Source: Iphione sp. A-MEVVRFRX5 (taxonomy: Eukaryota). Taken from it: 64,000 nucleotides of DNA. Below, one piece after another: positions 50,401 through 63,421 of the stretch. Under the pieces are notes generated by a model. It worked only from the letters and a program-made list of their open reading frames with translations. It did not search any database and was not told the DNA's origin. Made by a program: the position numbers and the translations under genes. The first letter of the stretch is position 1; each line of letters opens with the position of its first letter. The stretch spans positions 54,250,001 to 54,314,000 of the forward strand of contig OZ320318.1 of the NCBI GenBank assembly GCA_976226885.1, given 5' to 3'.

Positions 50401-51992
50401 TTGTTAGTTGTTGCTGTCAAGGGCATCTTCGCTAACAGGAAGAGTGTCATCCACGTCAGGGTCTGTAGGAAGTCTTCCGTCAGTGAATGGTGACGGATTG
50501 ACACCGACCAACAAGCACTAAGCAGTTGGACGGACATTTACATAACAATGTCAAGGCAGAATGACGCGACGTCTATTGCTAAAAACATATGCCGTTGGAA
50601 AGGTAGAAAGCATAGATGGCCTTGAAAGCTGTTTCCCAGGGGTCACATCCTTTTCAGCTCGATAAATAATGTTCATTTACACTCCGACTTAAATAAGTGT
50701 CGACGTATTTCTTGAATATGAATACATGTATTAAATAGGTGTAAATCAGGATAAACGCGTTAGCTTTGATTGCAAGTACATACATGTATCACGTATTCGC
50801 CTTAAAAGTAGTACATATAGTATACAATCTAAACCAGATTGGACATTTTTTTATATAAATAGATATATCACAATCATATGTGCAGATACCAGATGAAAGG
50901 TGAATAGAGTTATTCTGTGTGGTATAGAGACCATTCTAGATTTGTGCAAATGATGAATAGTTCCTCTATCAAAGGGTAGTGAGATCGGATAAGACATTGT
51001 GTATATTTGACGCTGATTCTAATACGATAAATGCATATATTTTTTCAACCCTTTTTAACTCGAAATTGAGAAATATTTTAAGAATCAATATCAAGACTGA
51101 TCGAATAATGAAAAGAAATAATCAGTATAGCCAACTTGTTGAACTAAACTGCATATGTGTACTTGTAGTATGAAAAGAAGTATCCTGGATTGGCGAAAAT
51201 GAATCAGCTTGAAGGTAAATAGTATTTCGGTCCAAAGATCCAGGAACGTAAGGGGGCGGTGCATTTGTTGGGGAAAAATGAGGCCAACTTTGTCTCTCTT
51301 CACCTCTGCACCTAACACCCATTACTATTTGCTCTGTGAGATATGAAGCTTTTTCACATTTCATGCACTCAAGATCGCCGCTAAAATAATTACAATGCCC
51401 GCGGCAGCGGGCCACTTGTAGCGATATCCAATCTGACTGACCTTGCGCAAATATGAGAACGGATAGGCTCTTGGCTGAGTACATGTATAATGAAATCTAG
51501 AATTCCCACATGGAATTGAGGTCACACTCTAAGGGTAATGTTTGCCTGGTTATCTTAGATATCACATGCATGTGTCAGACCCGCTCTTTTTAACACAGTA
51601 TTGTCTAGCACACAGCCACTTCGTGTCCGTGACCATTTCACTCGGTTAGAGGTGTAGACCAAGAAGTGCCAATTTCTCATTCATGCGCCCCCTGACCTAG
51701 TTTGGTTCCATGCAGCGTCAGTCGGCCTGCATGGTACATGAAGGCAGTTCGATCTTCGCGTACTAAACTTTTCTATCTAAAGAGCCCTTATCCACTTGAT
51801 AATTTCTCGCAGCCTCATCTACCATAGTACAGCGTGCTTTTCGGCTCCACGATTGTCTGCACAGTATTTCTCCGTGCCGATACGTGTACTATATGCACTG
51901 GTTAGATGCTACGCCCATGCCTTTTCTTGCCGTTGCAAAAGCGCCATATATTATTTTTAGGCCCGCTTGAGAGGATCATTAAATGTAGTGAT

Positions 51993-52006
51993 GCGCCCTC
52001 TGGAGA
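51993..52006 (-). promoter_or_regulatory. CTCF-like motif TCTCCAGAGGGCGC
   Basis: Close match to the CTCF core on the minus strand. Confidence 0.4.
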
Positions 52007-55000
52007 GCACTAAGGGTGGTCTTTGATCTGAAGACGGCGACTCCCTCATATTGGTCCCTGAGACGCCGCGCCGTCCGCCTGCCGTCGGACCTGCGTCGAT
52101 TGGCCTCAGATTGAGTCGTGTGTTGTTGCTGGCATTCATTGTGCTAGGCTTCGAGTAGTCCGGACTCTTCCGCCTCTTTCGTCTCACGACGGCCATGGCG
52201 CTTCAATTTCCTCTCCACGCAAAGCCCAGTCGCTTCTCAGGACCGTGAGGAAGAATAAAAACAGCGGCGGCCGGTAAACGGACGGCCGGGTGGATTGAAG
52301 GGTACGACTGGTCGACAATGATTGGCTGAGCTGACTTCTGGTTGGACAAGAAAATCTATAGATTAAAGGGGTGTCCGACGTGGACCTATGGACCAGATGG
52401 TGATCCGTATCTCCTGTCCTGGCTGGCGCTGAAGATGTAGAAATGACACTGAAATGACCTGCGATAAAAACTCCCTCCTTCATACGTCTTGCTGAATAAG
52501 CGTTATACGAAGCACGGTTTGATTTGAGCATGGGTTTGCACCCATGTTGGAGATGCGAATGCGACGAATCATCTTCCCTTGTAGATGGGTATACATGTGC
52601 ATGGAAAGAGGGTAAATGAGCTCTCGTATACCTCCATATCACCACCACTGCTTTATCATATTCCTCTCTTGTAATTGTTTCGCATATGAGAGTGTTATGT
52701 GAGTAGGAAATTGTACGACCGAGTCATTGAATCTACTGTCTTGAAACACCAAATATCTGCTAAACACCAAATATCGAACGGAAGAGATAATGCTCAGCTT
52801 ACAGCAAATTTGCAATAGCTGAACTATGTCTGAGTGCATGGCAAGGGGCTCAAAAACAGATGTGCATCTGTATTACTTTCGGTCGCCCTTTGGCGATTTT
52901 CCACGGACGAGAGGCCACCCCTTTATCTGGTCAGTTGTCATGGGTAAGAGGGGTTGGGGATGGCGATGGCTACCTCTGGCAACCCAACCTATTGCTGGAA
53001 TAGAGGGAGCTGGGCGACCTGCCATCCTGGTGCTGTGATGACTTAATCATCTGAAACCAGGACTGGTTAACCTCGCGTCCGGGGCCATATCGACATTGAT
53101 CCAGCTCGGCACGTGTGACTGGCAGAACTTTCTTTACGGCCCGAGCCAATCCATTCGTAACCCCTACCGAATGACCTCCGCTATCTGTTTTGCATATAAG
53201 CCTTGAGGACGTACAGGTCTCGTAAACCCATATTGAGTCGATACCAGCGAAGGGGCGAACAGATCCAGATATGAAAGCAAAACCACATAAGTGACATGAA
53301 GAGTAAAATTTGAATGCAGAGGAACCTCTTCACTCTGCCTGGTAAGATTATTTGGTATGGAAACAGCCTGCTGTGTGCTCGCAAACTGGCCAAGCTGGCA
53401 ACTAACTCAACAGCCAAGGGGAGTAATGTACCATGACCATAGCATCTGAATTAATATGTACCTGTAAACAATGGTATGACCAATAGCCAATAAGAAAATA
53501 TGGGAATGAGCCTGCTATGTTGCTGCACTCTGACCCATCAAAACAAATATGCCTTGATAAGCCTGCCTATAACATAGCTACAGCTATGAGACATTCCTCC
53601 TTGATATTACCTCCATAACATAATTATAGCATGAAGGAATTTCCATGAAGCTAACATGCACCATTCTTAATTTAATAGTTACCAGAGCTGGCCTGCAATG
53701 TGGTGCATACTGGCCCACCTAGCAACTAACCTAGAAATCATGTGGACCAATGAATGATGAATGTAGCAGAACCCCTTAATGCCTACAGCTGACCAGCCTT
53801 CAACCAGATAAACCAGACAGCATACCATGAAATATGATCTACACCATCACAATATTGGCAGGACCATCTATACTCAACAATGACTACAATGTACTTACTA
53901 AGAGTTAATATCTATGGCTTAATATTCCATTAACTCCTCCTCATCTATTGGAACAACACTGACGTTTCACCACAGTTACCTGTATACCACTGTGTATGTT
54001 TTCCGTTAAATAAAAATGTTTAAAGCAAAGATGATTATGGTGCTCTGGTTGCTCCAGCATTCTTTTTTTTATGAATCACATCCCATGTGCAATGGTATGA
54101 TGGTGGAATGGGATGTCCATGCCACTAATGCACAGGGCACGGAATAATATCCGAATAATTAAGAAACAGAAAATAGACAAGCACCTTGGGGTCATCTCAC
54201 CTAACGCCTAAATGCCAATCCAAGGAGCCGCTACATACGCAACATCACTGAAGTCTGTCTATGAGAAAGCTGCGGTCTGCCCATTAGCCTCTGTCAAAAG
54301 CGTATGTGTACTATACTATTTAGAGGTACATCTGAGCGCTACCGAGGCAGCCCATATAATGAGAACGCGCTGGCAAGGCTGTAAATAACCCGATCTTAAC
54401 GCCGTAGACAGCTGCTTGTGCCTCGCCTGCTCCACCTGAGGGACGGCCTGGCATAGAGAGGTACTTAGACACACACCTGCAGGAAGGGAGACAAATAGGG
54501 CCCGACGCAGCCTTACCATTTTAAAACAAATCCATCATACATAACATACCACACAGAAAGGTAGGATGACACCGAATTCAATAATGAAAGAGAAGAAATC
54601 TTCAAGAACCCTAGGACGTGCGTGCTGTTTTCTTAAAGATTCGCAATGGTTTGAAGAACACTGGCATTCTTCTTACGACTAAGGAACAATAAAATTAGCG
54701 TTGCCAAGGTGGTAAGCCTGCGGTTTTAATGGATACTGGAACCCTGTCGCCAGACCTTCCCGCGATGTTGAGAAGGCACACCGCTGGTGATGATATTATC
54801 GCACTTTGTAAGCGTGCGGTACCTGCTTCAAAACACAGAATTACTCCACTACTTACCATCAGGAGGCTATAAAATGGTGGAGCTTGAGCAGGAAGAAAAA
54901 CGGTAGATATAATTAGAGATGACAAACGATAAGCCTGTGCTCGCTTTGGTAGTAAGTGTTACATATTTACGGCAGATATGAAGCACATCCTACAGAGGAA

Positions 55001-57764
55001 TGCATGTTCATGTAATGTGATAATGTATGACAATGTTACAGCATGAAAGGAAAATCGCAGAGTATACATCCTTGTTTGAGGTACATGTATGCATGTCCCG
55101 TGCTAGATATTCAGATATCATAATACATGTGCGTAAAAGTTTACACATCGATTTCTTTATTTAACGTTTTACTGTAAAAGTAAATTTGGAACGATATTAG
55201 GCAGATATGACCTGTTTAGGTCAAATGGCCAAAATTATTGCTGGGAAAATACGCTTGAAAAAATACAATGAATACTTGAACTTTTGATTTCTATGCATAA
55301 TTCATTAAGTTTAGCTAGTATACAATGCTAATACTGGGAGAGTATTATGTAGCCACCACATAGATATCTTTTTAGTTATGAAGGCATTTCTTACAGTTCG
55401 TTTGAGATCTATAGCATACGTCATCGCTCCAGGGTCTGTATGCATGTTCTGTGTGCGTGTACATATACATTGTCTACATGTTCATCGGGTATGCCTTTCT
55501 GTCTGACACATGTCGGAGACGACGCTGGCTGTTAAAAGAGCTTGTTTCTGGGTGTGCTATTGGTAACCGAAACGCTGCTTGCATGTGTCGCCCCGCCGAC
55601 AGTGGCAATCTTGATAGCGGGTGTTGGGCGTAGGCAGGCAACCACAGAGATCGACCAGCGATCTTGTCCTTCGCGCCCAAGCGTACGTGCGACTTGGCGT
55701 TCGGTGCCTGTGAGATGGGTACTGCCATTGGCAGCCTGTGCCGGCCCCACATGGACATCGCCTGGGAATTGATCAAACCAGACGTGGTGGATCATTACCG
55801 AACAGGCTCCAATAACAAAGAACGTTCGCTTCATCGGTACCGTTAGCTTTTAAGTTGTTCATAGTCTAACCGACGTTAAATGGGCCAGATCCCGCAACGA
55901 TATACACTTACGATTATCATGCTCGTATGCAAGCGAAATTACAATGTAACTATACGCGTCCTCCCATTGCCTAAGGTAAATATATGCGTATTGCTTGCAA
56001 TGGACGGTGCGGGGAGTTTTCCGATCCACTATTATCGGCTCCATCATCAGCAAGTCGATACAAAGTGGATGAGTGCACATCATTCCACCTGGGATTAATT
56101 TACCCGTCAACAATAATAATAGTAAATAGATACAATCTGATTAATGGTCGACTATCACATCCTACCTCTGTTCTGATATCCGCTTTGAGGGATACGGTCA
56201 AAATATTATACTGATTGATATTATTATTTCAATAACTATTCGCCCGAGTACAATAGATATTCAAACCGTTTAGCTTCTATAATGACGAGATAATGACCTT
56301 ACACCACCTCCATCTACCTGGATCAAAAGAGCATGTCGAAATTGCATTGGACCCGTGAGTGAGCTGTATTCCATACTGCACCAAAAACTGGTGTGCGTTG
56401 TTCATTAACCAAAAGCCCATCGCCTAACAGACACGTCGAACAAGACAAACACCATGCCTGAAAATGAAACCCTCGTATAATATATATATATATAATCATT
56501 GTCGATATATGTTTGAATGTTGGATAAATATTTAGACTCACTGGGCTAAGCATCATAACTTACTTTAACCTGCATAAAACCTGTGGTGACAATACATTAA
56601 ACAATGTTAGCAGAGGCTCAAACAAGTGGGCTGAAAACATGTAGAAGGCCGAATTACGGATACGGGATTTCAGGTCCGCATTGTGATACATGTATTTCTG
56701 GAATGTGGCTTTCTACTGTAATTTGATATGACGGTAGTCCGGATGTACAGTTTCTATGTGAAGCAACCTTTACTGAGGTCAGTAAGTGCACCGTTCGAAA
56801 GACACTGTCAATTGACCTAGGCATATAAGAATAATCCGATTCACATATACGTGTAGTAGGTTAGCATTGTCGCACCACCTCGTCCCTACACTGCGTCAAA
56901 CAGCTTCATGTACCGTTGACGCTGGGCCGTTCACCTGATTAAAAGTACTTATCAATAAGATTACTTTCAGAGCTGCTCGAATTTACCATCTTATTAAACG
57001 TAATGTAAATGAACATACATGTGTGTAAATATAGGTAAATCATCGCATGACGAGCTTCAGATACAAAAATACGCACATATGGGAGTATTAAGAGAATACT
57101 AAGACACTGTGCTGAAATAACTGGCCGCACAAGCTCACCCTGGAAGTGCATACAGACCAAGGCCCTGTGGGCTCAATCTGTATGTGCTTCCAGGGTGAGC
57201 GAGATGGCTGGTTATATCGGTGCAGTCTTGTAGTATTCTATTTATTATACTCCTCTATCAAGAACATACCTTATCCATGCCATTTTGAGCAATACTGCAA
57301 TTTATTTGCACAATTTCAGAAGAAGACGTCCTGTTGGCTTGAAACCAGATGTACAAAAAATGGATTGAGCATGCAAAATGAACACAGTTTCTGTCAACAT
57401 CCAGTTTCGAGTGAGCATGATGTCCTCGATTGAATTTTGTCAAATAAATCAAAATATTGGGCAAAATGGCATGTAGGCACGTCAGAAAGATGCGTTTATG
57501 AATTTTGCAAGTAAATTTTGCCTTGGTTTGATCAAAAATGGTCCCTTCTATCCATGTTTCTACGAACAAAAATTGAGTCGAGAGATGTCTGCCATTTTAA
57601 AAAATACGCTGAAGTTGACAAGAATTCATTTTGAACTAGGTCCGTACGAACCTTCATACTGACCCGTTATGCCCATACAGTAATTTTCCACTATCCCAGC
57701 ATAGATGTATAATGAAGAGGTGTCTTAGATTTGTGAATATGCCTTACAGATGGATTGGATTCCA

Positions 57765-57767
<3 letters not shown>

Positions 57768-57824
<57 letters not shown>
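57768..57824. repeat. (GA)n microsatellite, about 28 units
   Basis: Directly visible; explains the SLSLSL/ERERER ORFs. Confidence 0.95.
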
Positions 57825-58083
57825 GGAGGCTGAAAGGGTGAGAGACTGGGAGTGGGAGGGTGGGAGGAAGCATAAAGACCTCGTCGAGTTACACGGATAG
57901 AGCTCGTCTGTCTCCAAGTGTTGTATTTTTGTGCGGCCAACCGATGCCCTTTCACGGCTGGAGCGCCACTCTCATGTAGGTCAGCGGGTTTAATTAATCT
58001 GGTCAGTGAACAAACAGGTAGCGTTGATTAAACAACGCCGTAACACAATGGCCATGTATACCATGTCTGACCTAATTAGCCAG

Positions 58084-58091
58084 TGACGTCA
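58084..58091. promoter_or_regulatory. Full CRE palindrome TGACGTCA
   Basis: Exact match in a CpG-rich patch 1.4 kb inside intron 1. Confidence 0.4.
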
Positions 58092-59455
58092 CGACCTAAA
58101 GGTGTTGGGAACTACACGGTTATACGGTCGAACAACGATTGGCCGAGCAAGAGGCATCCTCATTATGTTTGATGCATACCTTGCTGCTGCAAGCGTGCTG
58201 GCGGCAGTGGAGGGGACGATGGCGCCTTTTGCGACACACAGGACAATGTCGGGACCACCAAAGTAAATGTACAGAGCTATATATTTTGACATAATGATTT
58301 CATGTGATCCTAATGAAAGTCATTTTTAAGTGTGAATATTCGTTACAAAACAGTGCTTGATCAAATAAAAGGGTTCGAACAATGCAATGTATATCTCAAC
58401 CATATAAGATTATTTTGGGATTTAACATTTTGTCGTCGTGCGTTTTCTTCTGTTCCATTAAGGGATACATACCACCTACTTCTTTGATCAGATACCTGCA
58501 CATGTATCAAATTGGTGAAGTGTTAGGGGCAAGTTTTAAAAAATACGACCGGACCGGACAATTGCGAACCTACACATATACACACATATATATATGTACA
58601 CATATATTTAGTTAGATGAGTAGCAATTCGTTTTTGTTCCTTGCTATATGCAAATAGGTACAAGGAGTGTAATGCCCGGCAATGTGTCAAAACAACAACA
58701 ACAACAAGAAATAGCCATAAAATCAACAGGTATACATGTACTTAAAACGTTTAAATCTCTATTAAACGAATCGTGTAAACTAGGCTATACAAATATGCCA
58801 ATATAAGCATGATATATTTCTATAGCAAACAACGGTATCCACAGCTCAGCAGATTAATGAAGTGTGGGGAAAATTCCGGACAAATATTCTAGTGACCTTC
58901 ATCAGAATATTTACCATACACGAATTTTCCAGCACCATTTTTGGGATACAATTTTTGGAGTGGGATGAGGATTTGTGAGGAGCAGGTCTTCCGTCTAGAA
59001 GTAATGCATGCTGTTCATCTTATGCATATTGGGAGAGAAGCCAGGGGTTGTTTTATTTATAAACGGCGCATTTGCCAAAGGAAGAATGTACTACTAAGGA
59101 AAGGGAAAGTATTAATCTGATGGAATTGTTTGTTGACTGGACGAAGCGAAGTCTTTGCTATGCACGTAGCAAAAAATGAGGACGACGGAAATAATTAGAA
59201 CGTAATAGTATGAGTGCATACTTTTTGCAAATCATGTTCCAGGCAACCTTGCTTTCTGTTAGGAGGGATTACTTGTGTCATTATGCAAAGACACGTGCGT
59301 GAATAAATCTGAGAGGCCTCCACAATTTCTTCCCGGGAAGTTGAAAAGGGGAATGCATTTTCCCCTTAAATATTCACAATACCAAAAAAATTAAAAATCC
59401 GTCGAAAGGTGTATACATCCTACTGAAGGGGGAATATATAAATTGCCTGTCTTAC

Positions 59456-59716
59456 CTGTTTCTCGTTATCCTTGCCTTTGGCCAAGGTGAGTCGATCGCA
59501 GAAGCATCCTTCGAGTAAGGCCACTCCTGATGGCCGCACCGTTGACTCATTCTCGTAGTAAAACAGCAGGTTCTGGTAGAGAGCAAACCATCGGAGCTGC
59601 CATTTGCCCGTGTCGGCGCTTTTCTTGTGCAGGTAGCCGCACAGCGTGTTCTCCTGCTTGGCCTTGGACGCCAGGTGAAGGAGTTGGCTTTCTGTGATGC
59701 GCACCGTCTTCTGCAT
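59456..59716 (-). CDS. RASGRF1: RasGRF first coding exon (87 codons, MQKTVRITESQ...GKDNEKQ; N-terminal PH domain)
   Basis: Translation closely resembles the vertebrate RASGRF1/2 N-terminus as I recall it (MQKxxR...GYLxKK...KWQxxWFALYQNLLFYYE.E...RPSG..LLEG..CDR). ATG context accATG; ends at AAACAG|GTAAGA, phase 0. Symbol denotes the RASGRF1/2 pro-orthologue. Confidence 0.96.
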
Positions 59717-61350
59717 GGTGCTATCAGACGTTCCCAACTGTGATCTCCATTCAAGTGTCCATGCAATGAACTCTTATGGCCCGTAATCAGTTGCTCTGGG
59801 GAGCTTTGACGAGGCGTGGATCCCTTGACGATTGGTGACGCCTGTGCCAAGGCACAAGCACATGTGTATGGGGTTGAATACGGAGAAGGATGCCTCAAAG
59901 TACATGTACTAACCACTCCCTTTACCTCTAGCGAACGAACTCAACCGTCGTCAACTGCTGTAGCAGTCCCCGACGCCGTCGACTACTTTCTTCCTTCAGA
60001 GGTGCGCTCACAAATGATGCAGTTGGTGGCGTTATTCTTATTGTCGGTTTGGCCTTGGATTTCCGTCGAGCGTCAGGTGTTTTCCACTAAGTGCAGGGCC
60101 TCGAAGTGTGCTTCATATTCTCAATCGACTTACCCACAGCCATCGTCCTTGACAGATTGTATGAAGAACAAATAACCACAGATTTATACACTGAGAAAAC
60201 GACAAACAGTGTTTTGATTGCGATGGTCGAACTGTCCGAGAGAAAGGCCGTGGTGGCGTCACATGGTAGATGTTCCTGCGTGAAGCGGCTGGACAACGCC
60301 ACTAGATTGCATCCAGGTGAGCGTTGGTACGGCGGCAGCCTGCTACACATGCAGTATTGAGATCACTGGTCGTCGCGCGCCCTCTTTGGTTTGAAGCATT
60401 TTCATCTCGAACCCAGGACAAAGCCGTTCACTGAGCCGTCTAGCCGTATATAGCGATCCACTGCGAGAGACGCATCCAACCATCTGTCCTATGGTAGTGG
60501 AAAGTTTGCTCACAACTGGCAGGGAGTAAGGGTATTAAACCAAAAGAGGCAAGTCCAAGACAACACGGATGATAATTTAAAAAAAGGAAGGGGGAAAGTG
60601 ATATATACCCGTATTTCGAATCGTCAGCGCATCACACTTGTTGATCGCTGGCCGCCGTGTGATGGCGCTCCGGAGTGCCTCCCTATACGGACTTACTCGG
60701 AGCTCTGCTCGCCGCACGTCATTGATGACGACAGAGCTGATCGGCCACTCTCGGGTCCTGCCGTCATGCTGCCGCCCGTCGCTCGCTGCCCCCCCCCCCG
60801 GCCGTGCGCGATGCCTCAAAGCGAGCAGCTCACCTAGGCCAGGTCACATTCAGTCCGAGCTAGTCTCCATAGTCTTAGTAACTAGACCCATGTCCCCAGG
60901 TGCAAGGCCCCCCCGCAGAGCCAGAGGGGAGGTCCGCTGGATTACATCTATCCTCACTGCCCTTCCGATGTCCTCCTGCAACTCCGTGGCAGCAGGGAGG
61001 TCAGTACTCCTAGGCCATTACCCTACGGGAGGGACGATTGCCCATGTTTCCCTTTACGAATGAGTATTTGGCCACGAGGCACGAGAGTGAGGTGTAAAAA
61101 GGGCGAGGTGTGCCCACTGCACGAACTGTAGACCAATGCCAAATCCTCGTTGAGAGAGCGAACAACGCTCTCAAGCTAGCGGATCGGCCGCTTTAAGCGC
61201 ACTGCAGCACAAGCGATGTGCCCGCGGTTTTCATTAAGCATCCACTAACATGCGGCGAAACTGTATCCAGCTCTCCGTTACTGCAGACGCCTGCTTGCCT
61301 GCCCGGGCTTCTTGTCTCTGTAGCTGGGAGCCTTTCCTCTTCGTCTGTTA
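59717..61350 (-). promoter_or_regulatory. CpG-rich promoter / 5' leader region of RasGRF, probably including an upstream non-coding exon
   Basis: Dense CpG and GC tracts directly upstream of the ATG; candidate donors CCGA|GTAAGT (60697) and CTAG|GTGAGC (60834); pyrimidine-rich acceptor gtcgttttctcag| at 60190. TSS cannot be placed from sequence. Confidence 0.6.
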
Positions 61351-63413
61351 ACGGTGTCTTGTTCGTGAGAGTGTTTCATCCTATATTTCTTCCCTTATCC
61401 CTCCTCTGCTGGTATTTGATACGAGTCGTTTTAAAACAGTAGAGGTAGGTCGATAGTATCCTCATTTGCCGCCACTGACAGACTAGCTAGTAGCTACTGC
61501 TCCTGGGAGGGATGTTTATTACAGGACGAAACTAGGCAATGCTGCACTAACAGCAACAAGCTCCGTCCTTTAGCAACCAGTGTGTACTGTATACGCTGTG
61601 TGTACTTTTTTATGCAGACATACCACCATCATCGGTCATTCCTCCAGTTGGTGTACAGATCCAGGCTTTACAATATGAGCGTGCCGTGTTTGTCTGCCAG
61701 CTCCCTAGCCCGTGTCTGCACGCGGGGATATGAGTGAATGCATTACTCTGTATACGTACGTACGCTCTCCCGGGCGCCTTGCGATTGTTATAAACTGTTT
61801 CCGCCACACGGATCGATGGAAATTCATACTCGGCACGAATAACATCTCCAGCATTAGCTGAAAGCCACACCTGAGGTAAAAGTGAAAATTGCCGGCCGAA
61901 GCTGGCAATGGACACTGGTACCTACCCGAGCGCTGCCCACTATGAAGAGGATAGGCACACACAGTGCTGCCGCCATGCGCTAAGTAACACGTAAAGGTCG
62001 ATTTTAGATCCTACATTGATACACGATTACACCGGAGGGTCTTTTATAGACGGAGACGGGGAAAAACCAACAAGGCCTTTACCTCGCAGACAATCCGATG
62101 CCCCCCCACCCAGCCCCCCTGCCCCTTACTGACGCCCTAGATCGGAAATGTATTTATAGGCCAGGTCAAGTACCGCTGACAAAATGTACTGAATACGGAC
62201 TTTTAGCATAGAATACGACCCTCTGCCATAGCATACTGGAAACATCTTACATATAGGTCGTTCCATGTAGACTTACATGCACCTGTGTCTGATCGACGCA
62301 GCCGTGCCATCTATGTGCATGTACTCCGGAGGAGGCGGAGAGGGACAAACTACACGAGTGATACACGATGAACATGCTAGGGTTAAAAACGGCGTGGATA
62401 ATGTTCAGCATAGCAATCGTGTTGTGCGGTCAACATTACATGGCTCTGCATTTTTGGCCCAAGGCAAGTCGACATGAAGTGACTCCATAAACATCTTTGT
62501 ACGCCACATGTACATATAGAGCTCTAGCTTGTTCACTTCATGAATATGTACTATAGAAAGGGGGGGGGGATACGGAGAATCTAGGTGTTCGTTTCTTTAA
62601 GTTTACCATCCACATAATATGTGAAATGAAATTATATAATCGCACTTGTCAATAACCTGATGTGTATAATTTAGATGAAGCAAACTAAGACTCTGATGGA
62701 GAGGCGTCGCTATGACTGCTAGGTATTGCCATTGGATATTGGTTGGGCTCTTCGGTGAAACCCGGTTATTCTGCATCGATGTGTTGATGTAATTAACGGT
62801 ATCCAGATCACTGTGTAGAAATCAATCACTTGTCAATAAATGGTCCAAAAAACAGTCATCCACGCCAGATGTTTAGCGAATACGCCTTTTAATTTTCCTG
62901 ACGTATTCTGACACACGCATACAGCTGTTTAGGTAAACGTACATTGCATATTACATCGTATATTTATGATGCTTGGATCGATGATGATCATAATAATGCT
63001 ATGCTGTATGCATACAGGTGTCTGTTAGTAAGTGTATGCTCTGTTCAGTTGGGTGATTGCCCAGCCCTCTGCGGTATAAGAGACGGTGCACTTTGTAACT
63101 CCTCCACGAAGCTTCATTTCTCTTATTTATTTTAAATCGTCCATTTGTTTTCCCGCCCTTCAAGCGGCGAATGTGGTTTCTGGTAAGTACTGGCCTTCGT
63201 GGCACGTGCCTCCTAACCAGGAGCTGGAGCCAGAATGTTATGTGGATCGAAAAGGTGGTAGGGATAGTCGCACTGCGGTTAGATCACATCGATCCTAAAC
63301 GTTGGCTTGGCGACCATCCGCCAGTCTGGCCACATATTATTGACTCTCACGAGAACGCCCTAGAAAACGTGTCAAACAACAAAGGTGATTATGTACAACA
63401 TGCACTGTTGTTG

Positions 63414-63421
63414 TGACGTCA
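63414..63421. promoter_or_regulatory. Full CRE palindrome TGACGTCA
   Basis: Exact match 3.7 kb upstream of the RasGRF ATG. Confidence 0.35.

Larger units (their letters stand above)
4973..59455 (-). other. RasGRF first coding intron, 54.5 kb, GT...AG
   Basis: Defined by the two flanking exons that join in frame (EKQ|YCF). Confidence 0.9.

Noticed and set aside
57691-57955. SLSLSL/ERERER ORFs
   Set aside because: Translation of the (GA)n microsatellite.
59452-59916. 154-aa alternative-frame ORF overlapping exon 1
   Set aside because: GTG start; a shadow of the real coding frame in GC-rich DNA.
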